From Phyllobates terribilis (taxonomy: Eukaryota), in NCBI RefSeq assembly GCF_046119375.1, contig NW_027362767.1, positions 434,124,001-434,188,000 on the forward strand: DNA of 64,000 nucleotides. The letters run 5' to 3'. A program made the position numbers and the translations under genes. Under the pieces are notes generated by a model, which was not told the DNA's origin, did not search any database, and saw only the letters and a list, made by a program, of their open reading frames with translations. This document shows positions 36,311 to 50,972 of this stretch, in pieces. Position 1 is the first letter of the stretch, and every line of letters starts with the position of its first letter.

Positions 36311-36576
36311 CTTTCTGATCACGAAGCTGTTTCTCTGACCTCAATTCTGTCTCTGACTACTTGTCTATTCACACCTGCCGTCTCTGTTCACCTGTCAGGT
36401 CCCCCAGGTGTCTCTATATTCACACCTGCCGTCTCTGTTCACCTGTCAGGTCCCCCAGGTGTCTCTTCTGGAGATAGGATTTCTCCCTAATAAGATCCAT
36501 CACAGAAGAACATGGAAAAGTCAAATCTTAAAAATCCCCCACTATAGAAAATGTGCTGGTGACAACAGAATCAGCC

Positions 36577-36650
36577 TCCTATCTATCTATCTATCTAGCT
36601 ATCTATCATCTATCTATTATCTATCTATCATCTGTCTTATTTATCTATAT
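36577..36650. repeat. (TCTA)n microsatellite, degenerate
   Basis: ATCTATCTATCTATCTAGCTATCTATC run. Confidence 0.85.
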
Positions 36651-36674
36651 ACACATGTAAGAGAAGTCTGTTAC

Positions 36675-36800
36675 CTGCTGTCTGTGTGGCTCTCGCTGCG
36701 GTTCTGCTCTTGTGTTCACACTCTGCTCTGTGTTGTGGTTGCTCCTGGGGCCGCCCTGCTCTCCTGCTCCTCCTCTTCTCCTCCTCACACTGGGGACAGG
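36675..36800 (-). other. Candidate 5' UTR exon of the CIPC-like gene
   Basis: Minus-strand CAG|GTAACA donor at 36675. The acceptor upstream of the ATG at 32329 requires some upstream exon. The 5' limit is unknown. Confidence 0.3.
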
Positions 36801-37474
36801 AGGAGGAGACTACATTTGTTTCTATCATTTTTCTGATTCTCTGACTCTGTTATATAATAGAATTTGCCCCATGCTGGGTGCTGTGTGGGCTGTGATGTGG
36901 ACTAGAGGAGAGACCCCGGGGTGTGCGGAGGGCGCTGCCCGAGCCTGGGGTGACAGCCTGCATTCATCTCACATCTATGGCTCCATCTCTGTCATTCTCT
37001 ATTTATCTAGTCACCTTGCTGCCACATCTGCGCCAGATTTTTCATATATTAGGATTGTGTCTTTTTGCCACAAATCTGGTTCACAGCTCATTCACGTCTC
37101 CTCTGGCCGCCGTTTTTCTAAAGTGTCGAGAGTAGTGTAAAATACCAAATAATGCCATTTTTGTGCAAAACGACATACACCAAAATTCACCACTTATCTG
37201 CTATTTCTGTCTTGGCTATTAATCTACATAAACATAACATATATATGGCCGCACAACTAAGTATTAATGTACAGGTACACAAGTCTGCTGCTGTCAATAT
37301 ACAATCATACACACACTGCGACTAGTCAGTGAATGAAGACCGCCGGCGTCTTAATCTAATCCTGAAGGCGCAGACCTACATTTGGGGGGAGAGGGTGCAG
37401 CCCCTCCTGAGCTGTAAACCCTCATCAGGGAGTGAGCCAGGTTCCTATCTCTTATCCATTTTTATTTGAGACAT

Positions 37475-37920
37475 GGAGCGGTGACGTCAGAGCGAGGAGC
37501 GGTGACATCAGAGCAAGGAGTGGTGACATCAGAGCCAGGAGCGGTGACATCAGAGCAAGGAGTGGTGACATCAGAGCCAGGAGCGGTGACATCAGAGCGA
37601 GGAGCGGTGACATTAGAGCGAGGAGCGGTGACATCAGAGCGAGGAGCGGTGACATTAGAGCGAGGAGCGGTGACATTAGAGCGAGGAGCAATGACATCAG
37701 AGCGAGAAGCGGTGACATCAGAGCGAGGAGCGGTGACATTAGAGCGAGGAGCGGTGACATCAGAGCGAGGAGCGGTGACATCAGAGCGAGAAGCGGTGAC
37801 ATCAGAGCGAGGAGCGGTGACATCAGAGCGAGGAGCGGTGACATTAGAGCGAGGAGCGGTGACATCAGAGCGAGGAGCAATGACATCAGAGCGAGGAGCG
37901 GTGACATCAGAGCGAGGAGC
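37475..37920. repeat. 21-bp minisatellite (GGAGCGGTGACATCAGAGCGA)
   Basis: About 21 tandem units; the ORFs show a 7-aa period (SGDIRAR). Confidence 0.96.
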
Positions 37921-37989
37921 GTCTATGAGGTCACCTGTTGCCATTGTGGCTTTTACACTTTTTTATACAAAATGTTGACTACCTTATTA

Positions 37990-38050
37990 CTATTGGGGGG
38001 GTTGAACTTGATGGACCTAGGTCTTTATTCAACCTATGTTACTATGTTTC
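37990..38050 (+). mobile_element. CR1-type LINE 3' end fragment
   Basis: GGTTGAACTTGATGGACCTAGGTCTTTATTCAACCTATGTTACTATG resembles amphibian CR1 3' termini (recalled). Confidence 0.55.
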
Positions 38051-39949
38051 TTACATTAGACACCAAAACATAGCCAAAAGGAGCATTACTCATAAAGGGG
38101 GTGGATCACTGTCCAGGCTTGGGCAGCACATCCCCCCTTACATCAACCATAAACTGTCAACAAAGCATGGAAAAAATAGGAGGACAAGACAGACAACATG
38201 GTATAAAGTGCTTCTGCCCTTGAGAAAGCGGACAGCTGTGCCGCAAAACGCGCGTCGGGCGCATTTCTTTTCCCTACCTGCCTCAATCCTTGGTAAGCAC
38301 ACTGGTCATTACATTGCTCCATGTAGTTTTTCCTTTCTACCTTCCCAGACTGTCACATCGATTCCTCCTGTGCATCTGTGCTCCTGTAATATATGATGGG
38401 CCATTGAGCCCTTGGGTGTGTTTTTCACTAGCTACCCATGCTTTTGTGAAATGTTTGAGGCTATCGGGGCACAGTGCAATAACATGAGACAATGACTTTA
38501 CATGTATGTCATAGGGTATTTTTAGATCTATTTGGAGCTAGCATAATAAAATCTTCTCTTCTAACTGCCCGTATTTAGGGCTATAAACTGTTATATGTGT
38601 CCAGTTTTGCTTCCACCTTGAATACTGTCTCTATTAACTTTTTTAACATTATAACTTAATAAAATGAATTTTTACACTTTATGCCATGTTGTCTGTCTTG
38701 TCCTCCTATTTTTTCTATGTTTCTTACATGTATAACAATAGTTGAGTCCGTGAATTCATTAACACACAGCAATCTAGAAATAATAGTTTGGGAGCACTGG
38801 CAGCACTCTTATGGAAATTGGTGAAAAATGTGGACCCCCAGATACACGCGACGTCTCAGCTCCTCGCCTGAAGCCTTTCTCCATGAGCTGCAATGTCACA
38901 TGTATCTATCTTCTCATCACTTGGAGGCTTCTTGGCTGCTTGCTTGCAGGAGTATTGCACCCACATCATTAGGACTGTGCTGCTACTTTCCCTTATAATC
39001 CATCTATCCTGTATCCATCCGTCCCCGCTCCCCCTCCTTGCACGGTGTCAGTGTGTGTGCCGCTGACGTACAGTAGCACTCGGTCGTCCATGTGCTGGGG
39101 ATTAACCCCTGCCTGGGGGGGTAGGATTTAGCGTTGTCAGGGAGGGGACGCGGGGGACGAGCTGTTGCATGTGGGTGATTGTCCTCCATGTGTTGGGGGC
39201 TCGGAGGAGGCCGCCCATTGTGGATTACACAGGTGTCTATGGGCGGTCAGGATACAGTATGGTGAGCAGCCAGCGGGTATTACTGTACGCCGCCGCCGCC
39301 GCTCCTCCTCCTCCCAGATGTTCTGTAAATAGCTGTAAATGCTCTTACATAATGATTGGATTGTACAGGCGCAGCGGCGGCGGTGGCCACAGGGTACAGA
39401 ATGCTCCAGTAGACGGCGCCTCCCCCTCATGTCCCGGGACAGGAGCCAACGGGAACACGAGGGAACTGACAGTCACAGGAGAGCAGCCAAAAGTACAATG
39501 TGTCTGCGGGGAAACAATCCGGGCGCCCGAGGAGCTGACACACATAAAAACACAAGATGGGCGATCAGCAGTATACAGGACGACAGTCACACCCGGGCCC
39601 CAGTGCCTGAGGGGCCCAACCGTCTATGGTCCATGGTTGCACGTATGTTGTAGACCCAATAATGGGCGATCATTACCGATCAGTCACTGTTGATTTCTTT
39701 GTTGGTTTAGGAATAATAGTGACTGGAGCGCCCAGTGTCAGGCAGCTGCTGCCAAGGCAAATTAAACCATAGTGGGCATGAAAGGACGCAGATGACATGA
39801 AGATCTGTTCTGCTTTCTATATCACTAGGCAGACCACACATGGAATATTCACCACAAGATCATAGCAGAGCTGAGAGGGTCCAACAGCAGCAAAAGTACT
39901 GTTACAGATGGACTACAGTACCCAGGAAATGTAGAAAAAAGATGGCCAA

Positions 39950-40180
39950 GATGCAACCTAATAACCATGTATAAATATAGTAATGGTCATAAGAGAGATC
40001 TCAACAACGACATATTCACACCCAGGACCGTGCCTATAACCAGGGACATCCTGGACAAACTAGAGGAAAGATATTACCATCATCACGTGCGGAGATTCTT
40101 TACTGTTAGAGCAGCGAGATTATGCAGTCATGGTGAATTCACTAAATGAGTTCAGAAGGAGCCTGGCTCCCTTTCTTCAT
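39950..40180 (+). mobile_element. CR1 LINE ORF2 C-terminal fragment
   Basis: Translates to ITMYKY...DIFTPRT...TR...LEERYYHHHVRRFFTVRAARL, the conserved CR1 ORF2 tail. Confidence 0.7.
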
Positions 40181-40626
40181 TGTATGAATATTCCCAGTTA
40201 TAATACGAGATTACTGTAGGTGAGACGGGAGGATAATCCAGTGATTGACTCTGATTGCCGGACTTAGAGTCCAGAGGGAATTTCTTCCCTTTTTTAATTA
40301 TCTGTTTTTCTTGGCTTGAAATAATAGAAGAGATTCTTTTCTGCATAAGCAGTGAGACTATTGGTTCTCTACGGTACAAGAAGTGAGACTACAGCTTTAC
40401 TCTATGAGCTTTGATACTAACGATACTTTACTGTACAAGCAGTGAGGCTATGGATTATTTACGGTATGCACAGTAAGACTATAGATTCTGTACTGTACAA
40501 CCAGTGAGATTAAATTTACTGTGTTAACAGTAAGGCAATGGATTCTTTAATGTACGGGCACTGAGACTATGGGTTCTTTTCTGCCTGAGCAGTGACACTA
40601 TGGATTCTTTTCTGTAAGAGCCTTTG

Positions 40627-41399
40627 TGTAACACCCATTGCCCCCCCCCGCCCATGGTTCCCCTCCTCCCCCCCACGCCGGCATATTCACCGCCCGTGGC
40701 AGCGTCCTCACGCTCCTCTCCCTCCTTCCCCTGTATACGCCGCTCTGACTTCTGGCGGCGCGCCTAGTGTGCATGCGCTCCCCCGCTCTTAAGGGGGCAG
40801 CGCGCACACCTGCAGAGATGCCCCCCAGCCAGTAGCTGGGAGGCATCTTGTATAAAAGGCACCCTCCCCAACAAGGAGGGGCCTGAGCAACCCCTATAGG
40901 TTTAGTGGTAGCTTGTGTATGCAACTGTCTGTTGCTAGGTCCCCCATCCTTAGTCTAAGTTAGTTAGTTCCCTATCCTGTGCTGTCCCGGTAGTCTTGTG
41001 TAGTTTATACGTTACCCTGAAGCCACTCCGGCAGTACCTGAACCCTTTTGCCACACCTGCGGGACCTGAACAGTTTCCCAAAACCTGAGTGTCTGAACAA
41101 GTACCTATCCCCGAAGTCCACGTTGTCTGTACTGTCTGTCATTCTCCGAATCCTTCCTGTCTCTGCCTCCACTCCCATGTCCCCGTCCAGCATACCCGAC
41201 CCCTGGGATCGGCAGCTGCGGTACCGGGGACTGCCTTTGAGTGGTACCTGGTGGCTACCTGCAGCTCAAGCTGACTCCACCATCTGGAGCTCCAGTGAAC
41301 ACCAGGTAGCCGCTTAGTTATGCCCCTACCTACTGTAGGCAAGCCTGGCCCCTTGGTACAGTGGGTCCACAAACTACGTGCGCCACAGGCGAGCGTGCG
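40627..41399 (+). mobile_element. Solo LTR of a Gypsy family related to the 10.1-kb element
   Basis: Starts TGTAACACCC. Flanked by CTTTG (40622-40626 and 41400-41404). TATAAAA at 40851 is followed by a hairpin and GCCTGAGCAA at the same spacing as in the 5' LTR. The 3' terminus is degenerate. Confidence 0.6.
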
Positions 41400-41465
41400 C
41401 TTTGTCTGTTTTAATATTGCAGCATAATAGGTTGAACAGGATGGACTCCATGTTTTTCAGACTTA

Positions 41466-42986
<1,521 letters not shown>

Positions 42987-43100
42987 TATAAACTTTGTTT
43001 TGCTTTAGTAGGTAGACATTTCTAGAACAGGATGTCTTGATAGGAGCCGCAGAGGGGCTGCGTGGTCAGTACTGCCCCTTGCAGAACCTTTGTTGGGTTT

Positions 43101-46100
43101 TAGTGTGTGAACCCGAACTCTATAGTTCAGGGTTCATACGGTATTGAACTCCGAACACTGACTTTTCCCCGGAAGTCCGTTTTAATGTTCGGGTTCGGTG
43201 CCTAATAAAGTTTGTTGAAAGGCTGCAGGTCAGCCAATCTACAAGCTTTTAGGCTGGAGCCATCACAGCCATGCCAAGTTTTGGCATGGCTGTGATTGGC
43301 TGGCGCACCACGTGACCCGGCCTGTATAAATGCCATATCACGGGTGTTGCCGCCATTCTTCTTTATTTAACGTAGGGGCAGGACGCCACTAAAGTGAAGG
43401 ACAGTGTTAGATTCTGTGTGTACTCTGCTTCCGTCTCTGTGGGAGTACTGTGCCAAAAAGCCTCTGTGTACGTGCCCTGCAGACATCTCTGTAGAAGTAC
43501 TCTGCCAAAGGGCCTCTGTGTGTACGGTGTACGCGACACATCTCTGTGGGAGTACTGTGCCCAAAAGCCTCTGTGTGTGTGCTCTGCACACGTCTCTGTA
43601 GAAGTACTCCACCAAAGGGCCTGTGTGTGTACTGTGACGGCAACACGTCTGTGTGGGAGTACTTTGCCAAAAAGCCTCTTTCTCTTCTCTACTGTGCGTT
43701 TTTTTGGGGGTGGAAAAAATGAGGAGAGCATCAAATAAGGGATATGGCTGTGGCGCTGCTGCTGCTGGTGGTGGTGTAGATGCCGCAGGGAGAGGATGTG
43801 GTCGATCTGTGCCTTAGATGCGCCCAAATGAAACACCGTCCTCTGCTGCACGCAGGCGACAGGATGTTCTGTGTCATGTTCTGGGGCCGAGTACCGCTGC
43901 ACAAATTGGGAGGCCAGAACATGTTGAAGCGGTGTTAGATTGGATGGCTGAGAGTGGCTCCAGTTCCTTTGCTTGATCTTCCACCCGGTCCACTGCAGAA
44001 AGTGCACAATTGGCATCTTACGTCCATGGTCATCCGGCTTCCACCTCACCCACATGCAGATCAGGCAAGCAGTCTGAGCCCCAAGTCATGCAGCAGTCTC
44101 TTCTGCTTTTTAATGACTCCGCTAGCTGTGGTTCCGTGGGCCATCCACCTGGCCCTGCCCCACAAGTGGAAGAGATTGAGTGCACTGATGCCCAACCACT
44201 TGTTCAGTTGGAGGATGATGAGTACGTGGGAGGGTTAATGTACACGGTCAGCGGCCGACCCCTGGCCAGCACGTCAGCTGCTACTGCCCACAGCACCGAT
44301 GGACTGAGCACACCAGAGCCAGCTCAAAGGAGCTCCCTGGTGTGGCATTTCTTCAGGCAATGTGCTGACGACAAGAGATGGGTGGTTTGCACGCTGTGGC
44401 ATCAGAGCCTGAAGCGAGGCATAAATGTTCTGAACCTGAGCACCACCTGCATGATGAGGCATCTGAAATCAAAGCACGAGCTGCACTGGAATACACACCT
44501 GAAAAACCAGGAAAGATCTGAGGCTCCTCCTGCTCCCTCTTCTGCTGTGGTCTCGGCAGCATCGACAGCACCACCACCATCAGTGTCACCGAGCATTTCC
44601 ACACCGTCCCATGTGTTGTGGTAGCCCCTTCCAAGGAGAGCTAATTTGGGTTGAGATACAAACGATCTCCAATATTTCTGCCGTTATTGGTTCAAATTAA
44701 ATAAAATAAATACGATGCATCGGATCTAAGAAAATAACACACAGCCGGTGTCTGAGTGTACAATTCTTGTCTGCCCTCAGATCCCAAGCAACAAGTATTT
44801 TATTACACCCCAAGAAGAAAGGGGAATGGCTACGTAGGTAGTATATTACCTACAAAAGATAGTATTTTAATTGGGAAATAACAAGGTAATAAATCATGGA
44901 GACTCCTGAATTCCTTTCTAACTAGCTCTGTACAGTTTATTTCTCTAACAAAGAAAGCTTAACACAGACAGCTCTATATCAGAGACAATGCCCTGTGTTA
45001 TTGCTTTTATGAATAACACTTATAAAGCTAATGCTAAAATACAAAATTATCAAAGATATATGAATTGTCTAAATAATCAAAGCAAAGTATAAATATTTAC
45101 CATAACAAGTGGAAGCGTTCAGTTGTGAAAAAAGAGAAAGTACCCCCTCTACCCACCCACGAGCCTGGGTCCTGAATGACAGCATTTCACAATTCCTGGC
45201 CTTTGAAATGCTGCCATTCCGGCTGGTGGAGATGGACAGTTTTATAAAACTGATGGCGGTGGCTGTCCCGCAGTACATGGTTCCCAGACGCCACTACTTT
45301 TCCCTGCACACACGTTACGGAGAAAATCAGGTGTGCACTGCGTAACTCCATCTGTGGCAAGGTCCATCTAACCACCAATGCGTGGACCAGTAAGCACGGA
45401 CAGAGACATTATATCTCCCTAATTGCCCACTGGGTAAATGTAGTGGTGGCTGGGCCTGAGGTAGAAGGCGTTCTGGCACACGTCCTACCACCACCGAGGA
45501 TTGCTGGACGTTTCTCTGTCCATGTTGCCTCCTCATCCGGTCAGCATAACACCTGCACCACCAACTTCAGCACAGCCAGGGGGAAACGACGGGTAGTTCT
45601 GAACCTCATCTGTTTGGGGGACAAATCCCACACTGTACAGGAGCAGTGGACGGGGATCAAACAGCAGACAGATGAGTGGTTGGTGCCGCTGAACCTCAAG
45701 GCCGGCCTGGTGGTGTGTGATAACGGGAGAAATCTCGTAGCATCTCTAGGCCTGGCAGGTTTGAAGCACATCCCTTGCCTGGTGCATGTGCTGAATTTGG
45801 TGGTGCAGAGCTTCCATAAAAATTGTGAGATGTGAGAGCTGCTGCAGAACGAGCGGGCCGTCTGTGTGCACTTTCGACGTTCTCACCCTGCTGCTCTCCT
45901 GTCTGCGCTGCATCGTCACCGCTTTATATACGACGTACCCACAAGGCGGAACTCCACCCTGCATATGCTGGAGACACTGTGCAAGCAGCAGCAGGCAATA
46001 GTGGAGTTTCAGCTGCAGCACACATGGCTGAGTCGCTTTGTGGAACAACCCCACTTCACCACCAATGAATGCGCCTCCATAGGGAATGTGTGTGCCATGT

Positions 46101-47670
46101 TGCGCTGCTTCGAGTACTCCACCAACATGGCCAGCGCTGATGACGCCATCATCAGCGTTAATATCCCACTTCTATGGCTGCTTGAAAAATGCTTCAGGCG
46201 ATGATGGATGAGGTCATGGAAAAGGAGGAGGAACAGGGAGCTTTCACACCATTATCAGGCCAGTCGTCCACACGTCTCGGAGGGTGGGCTCCCGTACCAA
46301 CAGCGGCTAGGTACACAACTGTCCAGCCTGGGAACAGTTTTGGAGGATGATGAGGAGGAACCGTGTTCACAGCATGGTGGTACTCAAATCAGTTCATGGG
46401 CATCACTGGAGCGTGGCTGGGGGGATACAGAGGACTCAGACGATACACCTCCCACCGAGGACGGTTGGTCATTGCCTCTGGGCAGCCTGGTACAAATGAG
46501 CCAATACATGCTGCTGTGCCCTGCTGGATCCCCTCTACAAGGACAACGTACCATACTTCCGTCACTGGAGCATGATAGGAACATAGGGAAATACAAGTGC
46601 ACACTAGTACACGCACTACTGATGGCGCGTTCCCACCTGACAGTATGGTCTCAGTGGAAGAGCAAGGCAGAGGAGGAAGTCACCAACGTAGCTGGGACAC
46701 CGGCACCACCTCGGAAGGGAGGGTTAGCATGGCCGAAATGTGGAGAGCTTCCTCAGCACACCACAACTTCCAGCAACACTATCTGATACGGTCCGTATTA
46801 GCAGGAGGCAGCGTTTCAACAGCATGGTAGAAGAATAAGTGTCCACACGTCTCCACGTACTGAGTGATGGGTCTGCCCTATTTAACTTCTGGGTCTCCAA
46901 ACTGGACACATGGCCTGAGCTTGCCCTTTACGTCTTGAAGGTACGGGCCTGCCCTGTGGCAAGTGTACTGTCGGAAGGTGTGTTTAGCATGGCAGGAGGT
47001 GTGATCACAGACAGGACATCCGCCAGTCCACAGCCAACGTGGGCAAGCTCACATTCATTAAAATGAACCAGGTGTGGATCCCACAGGACTTGTCCGTACC
47101 TTTTAGCTGACTAGAGAAGTAGACCAGCCGCACCCAGCCATTGTCATACTCAACCGCAGTTTGTTCCTTCTATTTGCCATTCCCAATGTTTTCGGGACTC
47201 CCCGAATATAAAAAAACAAAAAGTGTTGGCTACCTCCTCCTCCGCCTTTTTCACCTACAACGCCACGTCCACCGCCACTTGGGCCTCCACCTCCTGATTC
47301 AAGATTGTTGTTTTTTTTTTTTTTATTCTATGTTATTTTAAGTAATTTCCCTAAAAAACAAACAGAAAAACAGTGTTGGCTACCTCCTCCACCTCACCCG
47401 CCTCTTCCACCTCCGCCTCATGGTTCAAGATTATTATTATTATTTTTTTTTTAAAGTCATTTTCCTATCCACATTTGTTTGCAGGGCAATTATCCTGCTC
47501 TTACCCCCATTTTAATTCCTTTTGCAGCCCCCTACCCCTTACACTAACCATTTTACAGCACCGAAGTTGGGGTCCTCAATGACTTCTATTGGTTCGGGGT
47601 CAAGTTCAGATTCCTGAACCAAAGTTTGGACAACAGTTTGCCCGAACATCCACAGGAACACTCATCGCTA
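43101..47670 (+). mobile_element. Decayed hAT-superfamily DNA transposon
   Basis: BED finger (SSLVWHFF...VVCTLW...STTCMMRHLKSKH), hAT core fragments (WTSKHGQ, HIPCLVHVLNLVVQ, DVPTRRNSTL), C-terminal dimerisation domain (FWVSKLDTWPELA...ASVLSEGVFS). End resembles CTCATCGCTA. Many frameshifts. Confidence 0.85.
44614..45107. mobile_element. AT-rich 494-bp insertion with LTR-like termini inside the hAT transposase
   Basis: TGTTGTGGTA...TACCATAACA (9/10 inverted match, TG..CA). It interrupts the hAT reading frame and differs in composition. No clean TSD. Confidence 0.5.
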
Positions 47671-48399
47671 GTTTTAATCTTACTGTAGGCAACGTTAGCA
47701 TGGAGTGAGATTGTTCTCGTAGGTTTCCTTTTGGGTTCTCTCATAGGTTTGTGGCTTCCTCTATAATTGGCCCCAGTGTGTGTCTGAGATCGGGGGACCT
47801 TATTGTGGGGACTAATATGAATGATGATAATGGGGGGACCCTGAGGAGCGGTCAGTCAGGCTAGGTAGGTCGGGTGAGTTGACACTTTCAATGATTGTTT
47901 CTCTCCATCTTTACCCAACCATTGGAACTTGTACCAGTGACTCAGAAAACGACAAGAACAGAAAAACGAATAAAAACAGCTTTCCCGTGCGAAGAACTTT
48001 TCTGTTGGAGGAGGTTGATGGACAGGCCTGGTCCCATGCTCCTCCGCCAGCAGCCATTGTATGGACAGGGGCGCTGTGCAGCCTGTGAGGAAGGAGGAGG
48101 AGGAACTGTAATACTTGTATATTAGTAAGAGCCAGGAAATCACGTCCAACAACACGTCTGCTAAAATGAAGGTACAGTGGCCAACCCCTTTAAGTTCTGT
48201 CCTTTCCTATTTCTAATCCCAGTTCTTATTTCAGTTCCGTTCTCATTCCTTATATTTCGTGGTATCTCGGTCCTTATCTGGATTTTATCTCCGTTCTTCT
48301 TTCTGCTCATATCTCAATTTGTATCTTAATCTTTTATTCCTTTTCTAATCTCAGTTTGTATTTTATGCTGCATTTAAATGTTGAAATTTCATGGTGCTC

Positions 48400-50030
48400 A
48401 GCAGCACATACTGGTTACACAGGACAATGTGCTGCCTAGAACTAGATGGGCTGTCATCGTACACAGCAGCACACACCGGTTACACACTGTGCTGCCGAGA
48501 ACGATAAAGGCTGTCATCGTACTCATCAGCACACACGGGTTACACAGGACGGTGTGCTGCTGACGCGCCCCTTGGGCCGTGGGGTACTCGGTGCCGGACT
48601 GGTCGGTGCTGGGGATGTCACGGTGGCAGTGACTCGGTCCGTGACCCAGGGCGGTCAATTAAAGGGGAATAAAATAAAAGGAATAAAGTTTTTATATATA
48701 ATGTTCGTGACGCCACCTGTGGTATGCGGCTATATGGAGCCGCCGCTGCGGTGCAGATCCGCTGGAGCTGAAGGTGATGCAGCAGAGTTGGTTCAGCTCT
48801 CCACAGGTAGAGCTTAGCTCCAGGGCAGTATAGATGGTGATTTGGTAGATGTTGCTGTGCAGTGTGGTGCAGGTGATGGCGCAGATAATAATTCTAAGAC
48901 ACAGTGGGGTGCAGTCTTCAGATTTACTCACAGTTGTCAGACTCCAGGTTCCCAGTACCAGGGTATCCTCCCACGCCGTCCTGTATTCACCAAGGCAGGG
49001 GTTCAGCAATCTCCCAGGTATTTCAGGAGTACTTAACGGGACCCCATGCTGTGTGCCTTCCTTGGTCGTCTTCCTGCGCTGGCTTTCACCCTCCTACCCT
49101 GCGCCTCGCAACCAGTGTCCCAAGCCGGTAGTCTCGGATCGGATTTTGGCAGGCAACGTGCTGTCCCCTGAATCCTATGCGGCCACCTTTTTGGCAATAT
49201 AGTTGCGGTAGTGAGCAGCTGCACCCTGAAAGTACAGTAGCCTCCGGTTCCTAGCTGAACCTTGTAGTTCTCCACTAGTTAGGGGCCGGTCTCCTTTGCG
49301 GCTTGATCCCTCCACATCCTGGTAGATTCGGGCGCACGGGTGGCATCCGCACTTCCCGTGCCCCTGGGATCCCCTCTGTTCCTCTTGAAGCCTTCCCTCT
49401 GCTCCCGAACTCTTCCAGCCTGTCCTCCTGGGCCTCTCAGTCTAGGTCCGCTCCTCTCTCTCCTGAGCAGAGCTCCTACACAGTTCCTGCTCCCACTCCT
49501 CCTCTCAGACTGGACTCCTCTGTCTGCCTGAACTCTCCCAAGATGGTTCCCTTTTGTACTCCTACTCAAAGCGCTCCCCAGTTCTGCTTCCTCCACCCAC
49601 ACCCACTACATGGTTCCCCCTCTCTCGGTTCCCCCCACTTCCAACCAGGGACAGGGCTCAGCATAAGCCAGTGCATCTTGCCCCGCCTGCTGGTCTGGAG
49701 TAGTGTAGTGTTGGATGCAGGTGGGTGGATCGCGGGCAGTACTCCCTCCTTACCTGAGAGTGGGGCACCACACCTCTGGGTGAGATGCAGTACCTCTGTG
49801 GCGACTGAACCCACAGGGGCGCCACATTGCCAAGAACGATAAGGGCTGTCATGGTGCTCAGCAGCACACACTGGTTACATAGGACGATGTGCTGCCGAGA
49901 ACGATAAGGGTTGTCATTATAATCAGCAGCACACACTGGTTACACACTGTGCTGCCGAGAACGATAAAGGCTGTCATCGTACCCAGCAGCACACACTGGT
50001 TATATACGATGTGCTGCCGAGAATGATCAT
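48400..50030. repeat. ~60-bp degenerate tandem repeat (CAGCAGCACACACTGGTTACAC...GTGCTGCCGAGAACGATAAAGGCTGTCATCGTAC) split by an LTR
   Basis: Units at 48400-48560 and 49827-50030 flank the inserted element. Confidence 0.8.
48561..49826. mobile_element. Solo LTR-like element (TGACGCGCCCC...GGGGCGCCACA), copy 1
   Basis: TG..CA termini, 4-bp TSD CTGC/TTGC (one mismatch), homologous to 52292-53536. Confidence 0.8.
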
Positions 50031-50972
50031 TTTTAAGCAAGCATTTCTCCAGATGAATGAGTGTGGTTCTCACTTATCAGGTGATTGACAGCCGGTTTAC
50101 ACTGCACAATGATCAGGACGAGCGTTTCTGGGAACACTTGTTGCCAATAATCGTCAGTGTGAATGCCCCTTATGCCCGTTCGTCAGTTGATGGCTGGCGT
50201 ATTTACAGCGGCAGATAATCGTAAATTCCTGGTGTAAAAGCATAATTAGTCCTTACCTCTGATTATATCATTCCTTATCGCAGTTCCTATAGATGGGCTG
50301 ATGATCAGACAATAAGCTTTCATTGGAGCGCTGCTTCCCGATTTATTTAGTTCATATTTGGGCTTTTATTTGGCTTCTTCTATCACTTCGTAGTTCACAT
50401 CTCATCACTGATCCTTTATCCGACTCTTATCTTGGTGCTGACCTCGGTTATCTCCGGTATTTCAGCTCTTTTCTCCTGCTTTATCTCGGTGCTTATCCTT
50501 TATCTCCTCTTTTATCTCACTTGTTTTTCCAGTTCTTATATGTGCACAGGAAATATAAGACTTATACAGGACTTTCATCACCAAAAGTGACTTTATTACT
50601 GGAAAGAGATCATACATAATAGACGTGTAACTGCTCCGGTGCAGCTCGGTGCCGTGCAGCCATCCTCTGAGCTTGTCCATAGCCGGCCACACACCTTCAA
50701 TAGAAATAGGTCAAATGCGAATTCGGCCAACGGCTATTTCTCTTTATGATTTCATTGGCCGATCCATCCTAAATGTGATTTCAAAGCAGAGGGTGGAGAA
50801 AGCGGCTCCCGGACATCGCTAGTGTCAGCTTGTCTACCTTGAGTACAAAAGAATCAGTTGTACAAATTCAACCTGCTTGAACTTTCTGCCCTCAACATCA
50901 TCAGTTGGGGAAGAGTCTGGTGTTCTCCAAACCCAAAAAGTGGTCAGCCGCTCCCACCAAAACTCTATGTAA

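Noticed and set aside
32423-37978. ORFs of 100-324 aa with YIPHYTRERC, LCLCPPTCAS or SGDIRAR periodicity
   Set aside because: They are minisatellite translations (33, 20 and 21 bp units).
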